From positions 186,001 through 250,000 of the forward strand of contig JBHGNT010000038.1 in assembly GCA_043228905.1 (NCBI GenBank): a DNA stretch of 64,000 nt, read 5' to 3'. The translations under genes and the position numbers were made by a program. The notes under the pieces are model-generated. The model searched no databases. It was given only the letters and a program-made list of their open reading frames with translations, and was not told the origin of the DNA. The stretch comes from Azolla caroliniana (lineage: Eukaryota; Plantae; Polypodiophyta). Below, in pieces: positions 1 through 13,400 of this stretch (the stretch's first letter is position 1; every line of letters begins with the position of its first letter).

Positions 1-539
1 ACAATGGTCATACCTAGCTCGTGTGATATCGGATTTTTGTGTACAAACATGCGAATCGAAGCTAACAACGCTAGCTATGATATGGAATTACAAAATGAAG
101 ATTTTGAAACTCAGGTCGAGAGACATGACGAAATTACCAAATTTGAGGAGGGAGTTGAGAGGGGCCCTTGAGTAAATTAAAATGTTCATACCTAGCGAGT
201 GTGATATCGGATTTTTGTGTTCAAACATGCGAATCGAAGCTAACAATGCTAGCTATGATATGGAATTAAAAAATCAAGATTTTGAAACTCAGGTCGAGAG
301 ACATGACGAAATTTCCAAATTTCAGGAGGGAGTTGAGAAGAGCTAGTAGGTAAATTATAATGTTCATACCTGGTTCGTGTGATATCGGATTTTTGTGTTC
401 AAACATGCGAATCGAAGCTAAAAACGCTAGCTATGATATGGAATTAAAAAATCAAGATTTTGCAACTCAAGTCGAGAGACATGAAGAAATTACCAAATTT
501 GAGGAGTGAGGTTGGAAGAGCGCGTGAGTGAATTAAAAT

Positions 540-3400
540 GTTCATACCTGGCTCGTGTGATATCGGATTTTTGTGTTCAAACATTCGAATCGAAGCTAAC
601 AACGCTAGCTATCATATGGAATAAAAAAAACAAGATTTTGAAACTCAGGTCAAGAGACATGACGAAATTAGCAAATTTGAGGAGTGAGTTGAGAGGAGCC
701 CTTGAGTAAATTAAAATGTTCATACATAGCGAGTGTGATATCGGATTTTTGTGTACAAACATGCGAATCGAAGCTAACAACGCTAGCTATGATATGGAAT
801 TAAAAAATTAAGATTTTGAAACTTACGTCGAGAGATATGACGAAATTAGCAAATTTGAGGAGTGAGTTGAGAGGAGCCCTTGAGTAAATTAAAATGGTCA
901 TACCTAGCGAGTGTGATATCGGATTTTTGTGTTCAAACATGCGAATCTAAGCTAACAACGCTAGCTATGATATGGAATTAAAAAATCAAGATTTTGAAAC
1001 TCAGGTCGAGAGACATGACGAAATTACCAAATTTGAGGAGCGAGTTAAGAAGAGCTATTAGGTACATTACAATGTTCATACCTGGCTCGTGTGATATCGG
1101 TTTTTTGTGTTCAAACATGCGAATCGAAGCTAACAATGCTAGCTATGATATGGAATTAAAAAATCAAGATTTTGAAACTCAGGTCGAGAGACATGACGAA
1201 ATTTCCAAATTTCAGGAGGGAGTTGAGAAGAGCTAGTAGGTAAATTATAATGTTCATACCTGGTTCGTGTGATATCGGATTTTTTTGTTCAAACATTCGA
1301 ATCGAAGCTAACAACGCTAGCTATGATATGGAATTACAAAATCAAGATTTTGAAACTCCAGTCGAGAGACATGATGAAATTACCAAATTTGAGGAGTGAC
1401 GTTGGAAGAGCGCGTGAGTGAATTAAAATGTTCATACCTGGCTCGTGTGATATCGGATTTTTGTGTTCAAACATGCAAATCGAAGCTAACAACGCTAGCT
1501 ATGATATGGAATAAAAAAAACAAGATTTTGAAACTCAGGTCAAGAGACATGACGAAATTAGCAAATTTGAGGAGTGAGTTGAGAGGAGCCCTTGAGTAAA
1601 TTAAAATGTTCATACATAGCGAGTGTGATATCGGATTTTTGTGTACAAACATGCGAATCGAAGCTAACAACGCTAGCTATGATATGGAATTAAAAAATTA
1701 AGATTTTGAAACTTACGTCGAGAGATATGACGAAATTAGCAAATTTGAGGAGTGAGTTGAGAGGAGCCCTTGAGTAAATTAAAATGGTCATACCTAGCGA
1801 GTGTGATATCGGATTTTTGTGTTCAAACATGCGAATCTAAGCTAACAACGCTAGCTATGATATGGAATTAAAAAATCAAGATTTTGAAACTCAGGTCGAG
1901 AGACATGACGAAATTACCAAATTTGAGGAGCGAGTTAAGAAGAGCTATTAGGTACATTACAATGTTCATACCTGGCTCGTGTGATATCGGTTTTTTGTGT
2001 TCAAACATGCGAATCGAAGCTAACAATGCTAGCTATGATATGGAATTAAAAAATCAAGATTTTGAAACTCAGGTCGAGAGACATGACGAAATTTCCAAAT
2101 TTCAGGAGGGAGTTGAGAAGAGCTAGTAGGTAAATTATAATGTTCATACCTGGTTCGTGTGATATCGGATTTTTTTGTTCAAACATTCGAATCGAAGCTA
2201 ACAACGCTAGCTATGATATGGAATTACAAAATCAAGATTTTGAAACTCCAGTCGAGAGACATGATGAAATTACCAAATTTGAGGAGTGACGTTGGAAGAG
2301 CGCGTGAGTGAATTAAAATGTTCATACCTGGCTCGTGTGATATCGGATTTTTGTGTTCAAACATGCAAATCGAAGCTAACAACGCTAGCTATGATATGGA
2401 ATAAAAAAAACAAGATTTTGAAACTCAGGTCAAGAGACATGACGAAATTAGCAAATTTGAGGAGTGAGTTGAGAGGAGCCCTTGAGTAAATTAAAATGTT
2501 CATACATAGCGAGTGTGATATCGGATTTTTGTGTTCAAACATGCAAATCGAAGCTAACAACGCTAGCTATGATATGGAATTAAAAAATCAAGACTTTGAA
2601 ACTTACGTCGAGAGATATGACGAAATTAGCAAATTTGAGGAGTGAGTTGAGAGGAGCCCTTGAGTAAATTAAAATGGTCATACCTAGCGAGTGTGATATC
2701 GGATTTTTGTGTTCAAACATGCGAATCTAAGCTAACAACGCTAGCTATGATATGGAATTAAAAAATCAAGATTTTGAAACTCAGGTCGAGAGACATGACG
2801 AAATTACCAAATTTGAGGAGCGAGTTAAGAAGAGCTATTAGGTACATTACAATGTTCATACCTGGCTCGTGTGATATCGGTTTTTTGTGTTCAAACATGC
2901 GAATCGAAGCTAACAATGCTAGCTATGATATGGAATTAAAAAATCAAGATTTTGAAACTCAGGTCGAGAGACATGACGAAATTTCCAAATTTCAGGAGGG
3001 AGTTGAGAAGAGCTAGTAGGTAAATTATAATGTTCATACCTGGTTCGTGTGATATCGGATTTTTTTGTTCAAACATTCGAATCGAAGCTAACAACGCTAG
3101 CTATGATATGGAATTACAAAATCAAGATTTTGAAACTCCAGTCGAGAGACATGATGAAATTACCAAATTTGAGGAGTGACGTTGGAAGAGCGCGTGAGTG
3201 AATTAAAATGTTCATACCTGGCTCGTGTGATATCGGATTTTTGTGTTCAAACATGCCAATCGAAGCTAACAACGCTAGCTATGATATGGAATAAAAAAAA
3301 CAAGATTTTGAAACTCAGGTCAAGAGACATGACGAAATTAGCAAATTTGAGGAGTGAGTTGAGAGGAGCCCTTGAGTAAATTAAAATGTTCATACCTAGC
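540..3400 (+). repeat. 5-mer HOR (890 bp), about 3.2 copies
   Basis: Identical ORFs at 994/1884/2774 and near-identical ORFs at 506/1396/2286/3176. The rare variant GAGCGAGTTAAGAAGAGCTATTAGG occurs at ~1038/1928/2818. Confidence 0.93.
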
Positions 3401-4980
3401 GAGTGTGATATCGGCTTTTTGTGTACAAACATGCGAATCGAAGCTAACAACGCTAGCTATGATATGGAATTAAAAAATCAAGACTTTGAAACTCAGGTCA
3501 AGAGACATGACGAAATTACTAAATTTGAGGAGGGAGTTGAGAGGGGCCCTTGAGTAAATTAAAATGGTCATACCTAGCTCGTGTGATATCGGATTTTTGT
3601 GTTCAAACATGCGAATCGAAGCTAACAACGCTAGCTACGACATGGAATAAAAAAAAACAAGATTTTGAAACTCAGGTCAAGAGACATGACGAAATTAGCA
3701 AATTTGAGGAGTGAGTTGAGAGGAGCCCTTGAGTAAATTAAAATGTTCATACATAGCGAGTGTGATATCGGATTTTTGTGTACAAACATGCGAATCGAAG
3801 CTAACAACGCTAGCTATGATATGGAATTAAAAAATCAAGATTTTGAAACTCAGGTCGAGAGACATGACGAAATTACCAAATTTGAGGAGGGGGTTGAGAG
3901 GGGCCCTTGAGTAAATTAAAATGTTCATACCTAGCTCGTGTGATATCGGATTTTTGTGTTCAAACATGCGAATCGAAGCTAACAACGCTAGCTATGATAT
4001 GGAATAAAAAAAACAAGATTTTGAAACTCAGGTCGAGAGACATGACGAAATTTCCAAATTTCAGGAGGGAGTTGAGAAGAGCTAGTAGGTAAATTATAAT
4101 GTTCATACCTGGTTCGTGTGATATCGGATTTTTGTGTTCAAACATGCGAATCGAAGCTAATAACGCTAGCTATGATATGGAATTAAAAAATCAAGATTTT
4201 GCAACTCAAGTCGAGAGACATGAAGAAATTACCAAATTTGAGGAGTGAGGTTGGAAGAGCGCGTGAGTGAATTAAAATGTTCATACCTGGCTCGTGTGAT
4301 ATCGGATTTTTGTGTTCAAACATGCGAATCGAAGCTAACAACGCTAGCTACGACATGGAATAAAAAAATCAAGATTTTGAAACTCAGGTCAAGAGACATG
4401 ACGAAATTAGCAAATTTGAGGAGTGAGTTGAGAGGAGCCCTTGAGTAAATTAAAATGTTCATACATAGCGAGTGTGATATCGGATTTTTGTGTACAAACA
4501 TGCGAATCGAAGCTAACAACGCTAGCTATGATATGGAATTAAAAAATCAAGATTTTGAAACTCAGGTCGAGAGACATGACGAAATTACCAAATTTGAGGA
4601 GGGGGTTGAGAGGGGCCCTTGAGTAAATTAAAATGTTCATACCTAGCTCGTGTGATATCGGATTTTTGTGTTCAAACATGCGAATCGAAGCTAACAACGC
4701 TAGCTATGATATGGAATAAAAAAAACAAGATTTTGAAACTCAGGTCGAGAGACATGACGAAATTTCCAAATTTCAGGAGGGAGTTGAGAAGAGCTAGTAG
4801 GTAAATTATAATGTTCATACCTGGTTCGTGTGATATCGGATTTTTGTGTTCAAACATGCGAATCGAAGCTAATAACGCTAGCTATGATATGGAATTAAAA
4901 AATCAAGATTTTGCAACTCAAGTCGAGAGACATGAAGAAATTACCAAATTTGAGGAGTGAGGTTGGAAGAGCGCGTGAGT

Positions 4981-5000
4981 GAATTAAAATCAAGATTTCG
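4981..5000 (+). other. 91-bp deletion junction (truncated 87-bp monomer), copy 1
   Basis: The sequence reads GTGAATTAAAAT|CAAGATTTCG. In intact monomers CAAG lies 101 bp after the G of GAATTAAAAT (530 to 631); here it lies 10 bp after. Confidence 0.93.
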
Positions 5001-7382
5001 AAACTTACGTCGAGAGATATGACGAAATTACCAAATTTGAGGAGTGAGTTGAGAGGAGCCCTTGAGTAAATTAAAATGGTCATACCTAGCGAGTGTGATA
5101 TCGGATTTTTGTGTACAAACATGCGAATCGAAGCTAATAACGCTAGCTATGATATGGAATTAGAAAATGAAGATTTTGAAACTCAGGTCGAGAGACATGA
5201 CGAAATTACCAAATTTGAGGAGGGAGTTGAGAGGGGCCCTTGAGTAAATTAAAATGTTCATACCAGGCTCGTGTGATATCGGTTTTTTGTGTTCAAACAT
5301 GCGAATCGAAGCTAACAATGCTAGCTATGATATGGAATTAAAAAATCAAGATTTTGAAACTCAGGTCGAGAGACATGACGAAATTTCCAAATTTCAGGAG
5401 GGAGTTGAGAAGAGCTAGTAGGTAAATTATAATGTTCATACCTGGTTCGTGTGATATCGGATTTTTTTGTTCAAACATTCGAATCGAAGCTAACAACGCT
5501 AGCTATGATATGGAATTACAAAATCAAGATTTTGAAACTCCAGTCGAGAGACATGATGAAATTACCAAATTTGAGGAGTGACGTTGGAAGAGCGCGTGAG
5601 TGAATTAAAATGTTCATACCTGGCTCGTGTGATATCGGATTTTTGTGTTCAAACATGCCAATCGAAGCTAACAACGCTAGCTATGATATGGAATAAAAAA
5701 AACAAGATTTTGAAACTCAGGTCAAGAGACATGACGAAATTAGCAAATTTGAGGAGTGAGTTGAGAGGAGCCCTTGAGTAAATTAAAATGTTCATACCTA
5801 GCGAGTGTGATATCGGCTTTTTGTGTACAAACATGCGAATCGAAGCTAACAACGCTAGCTATGATATGGAATTAAAAAATCAAGACTTTGAAACTCAGGT
5901 CAAGAGACATGACGAAATTACTAAATTTGAGGAGGGAGTTGAGAGGGGCCCTTGAGTAAATTAAAATGGTCATACCTAGCTCGTGTGATATCGGATTTTT
6001 GTGTTCAAACATGCGAATCGAAGCTAACAACGCTAGCTACGACATGGAATAAAAAAAAACAAGATTTTGAAACTCAGGTCAAGAGACATGACGAAATTAG
6101 CAAATTTGAGGAGTGAGTTGAGAGGAGCCCTTGAGTAAATTAAAATGTTCATACATAGCGAGTGTGATATCGGATTTTTGTGTACAAACATGCGAATCGA
6201 AGCTAACAACGCTAGCTATGATATGGAATTAAAAAATCAAGATTTTGAAACTCAGGTCGAGAGACATGACGAAATTACCAAATTTGAGGAGGGGGTTGAG
6301 AGGGGCCCTTGAGTAAATTAAAATGTTCATACCTAGCTCGTGTGATATCGGATTTTTGTGTTCAAACATGCGAATCGAAGCTAACAACGCTAGCTATGAT
6401 ATGGAATAAAAAAAACAAGATTTTGAAACTCAGGTCGAGAGACATGACGAAATTTCCAAATTTCAGGAGGGAGTTGAGAAGAGCTAGTAGGTAAATTATA
6501 ATGTTCATACCTGGTTCGTGTGATATCGGATTTTTGTGTTCAAACATGCGAATCGAAGCTAATAACGCTAGCTATGATATGGAATTAAAAAATCAAGATT
6601 TTGCAACTCAAGTCGAGAGACATGAAGAAATTACCAAATTTGAGGAGTGAGGTTGGAAGAGCGCGTGAGTGAATTAAAATGTTCATACCTGGCTCGTGTG
6701 ATATCGGATTTTTGTGTTCAAACATGCGAATCGAAGCTAACAACGCTAGCTACGACATGGAATAAAAAAATCAAGATTTTGAAACTCAGGTCAAGAGACA
6801 TGACGAAATTAGCAAATTTGAGGAGTGAGTTGAGAGGAGCCCTTGAGTAAATTAAAATGTTCATACATAGCGAGTGTGATATCGGATTTTTGTGTACAAA
6901 CATGCGAATCGAAGCTAACAACGCTAGCTATGATATGGAATTAAAAAATCAAGATTTTGAAACTCAGGTCGAGAGACATGACGAAATTACCAAATTTGAG
7001 GAGGGGGTTGAGAGGGGCCCTTGAGTAAATTAAAATGTTCATACCTAGCTCGTGTGATATCGGATTTTTGTGTTCAAACATGCGAATCGAAGCTAACAAC
7101 GCTAGCTATGATATGGAATAAAAAAAACAAGATTTTGAAACTCAGGTCGAGAGACATGACGAAATTTCCAAATTTCAGGAGGGAGTTGAGAAGAGCTAGT
7201 AGGTAAATTATAATGTTCATACCTGGTTCGTGTGATATCGGATTTTTGTGTTCAAACATGCGAATCGAAGCTAATAACGCTAGCTATGATATGGAATTAA
7301 AAAATCAAGATTTTGCAACTCAAGTCGAGAGACATGAAGAAATTACCAAATTTGAGGAGTGAGGTTGGAAGAGCGCGTGAGT

Positions 7383-7402
7383 GAATTAAAATCAAGATTT
7401 CG
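7383..7402 (+). other. 91-bp deletion junction, copy 2
   Basis: Same junction, exactly 2402 bp downstream of copy 1. Confidence 0.93.
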
Positions 7403-10400
7403 AAACTTACGTCGAGAGATATGACGAAATTACCAAATTTGAGGAGTGAGTTGAGAGGAGCCCTTGAGTAAATTAAAATGGTCATACCTAGCGAGTGTGA
7501 TATCGGATTTTTGTGTACAAACATGCGAATCGAAGCTAATAACGCTAGCTATGATATGGAATTACAAAATGAAGATTTTGAAACTCAGGTCGAGAGACAT
7601 GACGAAATTACCAAATTTGAGGAGGGAGTTGAGAGGGGCCCTTGAGTAAATTAAAATGTTCATACCAGGCTCGTGTGATATCGGTTTTTTGTGTTCAAAC
7701 ATGCGAATCGAAGCTAACAATGCTAGCTATGATATGGAATTAAAAAATCAAGATTTTGAAACTCAGGTCGAGAGACATGACGAAATTTCCAAATTTCAGG
7801 AGGGAGTTGAGAAGAGCTAGTAGGTAAATTATAATGTTCATACCTGGTTCGTGTGATATCGGATTTTTGTGTTCAAACATGCGAATCGAAGCTAAAAACG
7901 CTAGCTATGATATGGAATTAAAAAATCAAGATTTTGCAACTCAAGTCGAGAGACATGAAGAAATTACCAAATTTGAGGAGTGAGGTTGGAAGAGCGCGTG
8001 AGTGAATTAAAATGTTCATACCTGGCTCGTGTGATATCGGATTTTTGTGTTCAAACATGCGAATCGAAGCTAACAACGCTAGCTACGACATGGAATAAAA
8101 AAATCAATATTTTGAAACTCAGGTCGAGAGACATGACGAAATTAGCAAATTTGATGAGTGAGTTGAGATGAGCCCTTGAGTAAATTAAAATGTTCATACA
8201 TAGCGAGTGTGATATCGGATTTTTGTGTACAAACATGCGAATCGAAGCTAACAACGCTAGCTATGATATGGAATTAAAAAATCAAGATTTCGAAACTTAC
8301 GTCGAGAGATATGACGAAATTACCAAATTTGAGGAGTGAGTTGAGAGGAGCCCTTGAGTAAATTAAAATGGTCATACCTAGCGAGTGTGATATCGGATTT
8401 TTGTGTACAAACATGCGAATCGAAGCTAATAACGCTAGCTATGATATGGAATTACAAAATGAAGATTTTGAAACTCAGGTCGAGAGACATGACGAAATTA
8501 CCAAATTTGAGGAGGGAGTTGAGAGGGGCCCTTGAGTAAATTAAAATGTTCATACCTAGCGAGTGTGATATCGGATTTTTGTGTTCAAACATGCGAATCG
8601 AAGCTAACAATGCTAGCTATGATATGGAATTAAAAAATCAAGATTTTGAAACTCAGGTCGAGAGACATGACGAAATTTCCAAATTTCAGGAGGGAGTTGA
8701 GAAGAGCTAGTAGGTAAATTATAATGTTCATACCTGGTTCGTGTGATATCGGATTTTTGTGTTCAAACATGCGAATCGAAGCTAACAATGCTAGCTATGA
8801 TATGGAATTAAAAAATCAAGATTTTGAAACTCAGGTCGAGAGACATGACGAAATTTCCAAATTTCAGGAGGGAGTTGAGAAGAGCTAGTAGGTAAATTAT
8901 AATGTTCATACCTGGTTCGTGTGATATCGGATTATTGTGTTCAAACATGCGAATCGAAGCTAAAAACGCTAGCTATGATATGGAATTAAAAAATCAAGAT
9001 TTTGCAACTCAAGTCGAGAGACATGAAGAAATTACCAAATTTGAGGAGTGAGGTTGGAAGAGCGCGTGAGTGAATTAAAATGTTCATACCTGGCTCGTGT
9101 GATATCGGATTTTTGTGTTCAAACATGCGAATCGAAGCTAACAACGCTAGCTATGATATGGAATAAAAAAAACAAGATTTTGAAACTCAGGTCAAGAGAC
9201 ATGACGAAATTAGCAAATTTGAGGAGTGAGTTGAGAGGAGCCCTTGAGTAAATTAAAATGTTCATACCTAGCGAGTGTGATATCGGCTTTTTGTGTACAA
9301 ACATGCGAATCGAAGCTAACAACGCTAGCTATGATATGGAATTAAAAAATCAAGACTTTGAAACTTACGTCGAGAGATATGACGAAATTAGCAAATTTGA
9401 GGAGGGAGTTGAGAGGAGCCCTTGAGTAAATTAAAATGGTCATACCTAGCGAGTGTGATATCGGATTTTTGTGTACAAACATGCGAATCGAAGCTAACAA
9501 CGCTAGCTATGATATGGAATTACAAAATGAAGATTTTGAAACTCAGGTCGAGAGACATGACGAAATTACCAAATTTGAGGAGGGAGTTGAGAGGGGCCCT
9601 TGAGTAAATTAAAATGTTCATACCTAGCGAGTGTGATATCGGATTTTTGTGTTCAAACATGCGAATCGAAGCTAACAATGCTAGCTATGATATGGAATTA
9701 AAAAATCAAGATTTTGAAACTCAAGTCGAGAGACATGACGAAATTTCCAAATTTCAGGAGGGAGTTGAGAAGAGCTAGTAGGTAAATTATAATGTTCATA
9801 CCTGGTTCGTGTGATATCGGATTTTTGTGTTCAAACATGCGAATCGAAGCTAAAAACGCTAGCTATGATATGGAATTAAAAAATCAAGATTTTGCAACTC
9901 AAGTCGAGAGACATGAAGAAATTACCAAATTTCAGGAGGGAGTTGAGAAGAGCTAGTAGGTAAATTATAATGTTCATACCTGGTTCGTGTGATATCGGAT
10001 TTTTTTGTTCAAACATTCGAATCGAAGCTAACAACGCTAGCTATGATATGGAATTACAAAATCAAGATTTTGAAACTCCAGTCGAGAGACATGATGAAAT
10101 TACCAAATTTGAGGAGTGACGTTGGAAGAGCGCGTGAGTGAATTAAAATGTTCATACCTGTCTCGTGTGATATCGGATTTTTATGTTCAAACATGCAAAT
10201 CGAAGCTAACAACGCTAGCTATGATATGGAATAAAAAAAACAAGATTTTGAAACTCAGGTCAAGATACATGACGAAATTAGCAAATTTGAGGAGTGAGTT
10301 GAGAGGAGCCCTTGAGTAAATTAAAATGGTCATACCTAGCGAGTGTGATATCGGATTTTTGTGTACAAACATGCGAATCGAAGCTAACAACGCTAGCTAT

Positions 10401-13400
10401 GATATGGAATTAAAAAATCAAGATTTTGAAACTCAGGTCGAGAGACATGACGAAATTTCCAAATTTCAGGAGGGAGTTGAGAAGAGCTAGTAGGTAAATT
10501 ATAATGTTCATACCTAGCTCGTGTTATATCGGATTTTTGTGTTCAAACATGCGAATCGAAGCTAACAACGCTAGCTATGATATAGAATTATAAAATAAAG
10601 ATTTTGAAACTCAGGTCGAGAGACATGACGAAATTACCAAATTTGAGGAGTGAGTTGAGAGGAGCCCTTGAGTAAATTAAAATGGTCATACCTAGCGAGT
10701 GTGATATAGGATTTTTGTGTACAAACATGCGAATCGAAGCTAACAACGCTAGCTATGATATGGAATTAAAAAATCAAGATTTTGAAACTTACGTCGAGAG
10801 ATATGACGAAATTAGCAAATTTGAGGAGTGAGTTGAGAGGAGCCCTTGAGTAAATTAAAATGGTCATACCTAGCGAGTGTGATATCGGATTTTTGTGTAC
10901 AAACATGCGAATCGAAGCTAACAACGCTAGCTATGATATGGGATTACAAAATGAAGATTTTGAAACTCAGGTCGAGAGACATGACGAAATTACCAAATTT
11001 GAGGAGGGAGTTGAGAGGGGCCCTTGAGTAAATTAAAATGTTCATACCTAGCGAGTGTGATATCGGATTTTTGTGTTCAAACATGCGAATCGAAGCTAAC
11101 AATGCTAGCTATGATATGGAATTAAAAAATCAAGATTTTGAAACTCAGGTCGAGAGACATGACGAAATTTCCAAATTTCAGGAGGGAGTTGAGAAGAGCT
11201 AGTAGGTAAATTATAATGTTCATACCTGGTTCGTGTGATATCGGATTTTTGTGTTCAAACATGCGAATCGAAGCTAAAAACGCTAGCTATGATATGGAAT
11301 TAAAAAATCAAGATTTTGCAACTCAAGTCGAGAGACATGAAGAAATTACCAAATTTGAGGAGTGAGGTTGGAAGAGCGCGTGAGTGAATTAAAATGTTCA
11401 TACCTGGCTCGTGTGATATCGGATTTTTGTGTTCAAACATGCGAATCGAAGCTAACAACGCTAGCTACGACATGGAATAAAAAAAAACAAGATTTTGAAA
11501 CTCAGGTCAAGAGACATGACGAAATTAGCAAATTTGAGGAGTGAGTTGAGAGGAGCCCTTGAGTAAATTAAAATGTTCATACATAGCGAGTGTGATATCG
11601 GATTTTTGTGTACAAACATGCGAATCGAAGCTAACAACGCTAGCTATGATATGGAATTAAAAAATCAAGATTTTGAAACTCAGGTCGAGAGACATGACGA
11701 AATTACCAAAGTTGAGGAGGGGGTTGAGAGGGGCCCTTGAGTAAATTAAAATGTTCATACCTAGCTCGTGTGATATCGGATTTTTGTGTTCAAACATGCG
11801 AATCGAAGCTAACAACGCTAGCTATCATATGGAATAAAAAAAACAAGATTTTGAAACTCAGGTCGAGAGACATGACGAAATTACCAAATTTGAGGAGTGA
11901 GTTGAGAGGAGCCCTTGAGTAAATTAAAATGGTCATACCTAGCGAGTGTGATATCGGATTTTTGTGTACAAACATGCGAATCGAAGCTAACAACGCTAGC
12001 TATGATATGGAATTAAAAAATCAAGATTTTGAAACTTACGTCGAGAGATATGACGAAATTAGCAAATTTGAGGAGTGAGTTGAGAGGAGCCCTTGAGTAA
12101 ATTAAAATGGTCATACCTAGCGAGTGTGATATCGGATTTTTGTGTTCAAACATGCGAATCTAAGCTAACAACGCTAGCTATGATATGGAATTAAAAAATC
12201 AAGATTTTGAAACTCAGGTCGAGAGACATGACGAAATTACCAAATTTGAGGAGCGAGTTAAGAAGAGCTATTAGGTACATTACAATGTTCATACCTGGCT
12301 CGTGTGATATCGGTTTTTTGTGTTCAAACATGCGAATCGAAGCTAACAATGCTAGCTATGATATGGAATTAAAAAATCAAGATTTTGAAACTCAGGTCGA
12401 GAGACATGACGAAATTTCCAAATTTCAGGAGGGAGTTGAGAAGAGCTAGTAGGTAAATTATAATGTTCATACCTGGTTCGTGTGATATCGGATTTTTTTG
12501 TTCAAACATTCAAATCGAAGCTAACAACGCTAGCTATGATATGGAATTACAAAATCAAGATTTTGAAACTCCAGTCGAGAGACATGATGAAATTACCAAA
12601 TTTGAGGAGTGACGTTGGAAGAGCGCGTGAGTGAATTAAAATTTTCATACCTGGCTCGTGTGATATCGGATTTTTGTGTTCAAACATGCAAATTGAAGCT
12701 AACAAGGCTAGCTATGATATGGAATAAAAAAAACAAGATTTTGAAACTCAGGTCAAGATACATGACGAAATTAGCAAATTTGAGGAGTGAGTTGAGAGGA
12801 GCCCTTGAGTAAATTAAAATGTTCATACCTAGCGAGTGTGATATCGGATTTTTGTGTTCAAACATGCGAATCGAAGCTAACAACGCTAGCTATGATATGG
12901 AATTAAAAAATCAAGATTTTGAAACTCAGGTCGAGAGACATGACGAAATTTCCAAATTTCAGGAGGGAGTTGAGAAGAGCTAGTAGGTAAATTATAATGT
13001 TCATACCTGGTTCGTGTGATATCGGATTTTTGTGTTCAAACATGCGAATCGAAGCTAAAAACGCTAGCTATGATATGGAATTAAAAAATCAAGATTTTGC
13101 AACTCAAGTCGAGAGACATGAAGAAATTACCAAATTTGAGGAGTGATGTTGGAAGAGCGCGTGAGTGAATTAAAATGTTCATACCTGGCTCGTGTGATAT
13201 CGGATTTCTGTGTTCAAACATGCGAATCGAAGCTAACAACGCTAGCTATGATATGGAATAAAAAAAACAAGATTTTGAAACTCAGGTCAAGAGACATGAC
13301 GAAATTAGCAAATTTGAGGAGTGAGTTGAGAGGAGCCCTTGAGTAAATTAAAATGTTCATACCTAGCGAGTGTGATATCGGCTTTTTGTGTACAAACATG

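Larger units (their letters stand above)
2870..7860 (+). repeat. 2,402-bp tandem duplication (14 monomers +1 bp -91 bp), about 2 copies, containing an internal 4-mer (712 bp) duplication
   Basis: ORF pairs 3176/5578, 3907/6309, 4245/6647, 4619/7021 and 4895/7297 are all offset by 2402. GGTTTTTTGTG lies at 2879/5281/7683. The internal offset 3907 to 4619 is 712. Confidence 0.93.

Noticed and set aside
14-110. Internal sub-repeat (TAGCTCGTGTGATATCGGATT vs TAGCTATGATATGGAATT; two AATTAAAA motifs ~90 bp apart) suggesting origin from a shorter unit
   Set aside because: The similarities are short and AT-rich and imply inconsistent periods (~55 vs ~90 bp). This cannot be supported without a statistical self-alignment.
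140-170. G-rich GAGGAGGGAGTTGAGAGGGG as a G-quadruplex or Shine-Dalgarno site
   Set aside because: It lacks four G3 runs, and AGGAG is incidental in non-coding satellite DNA.
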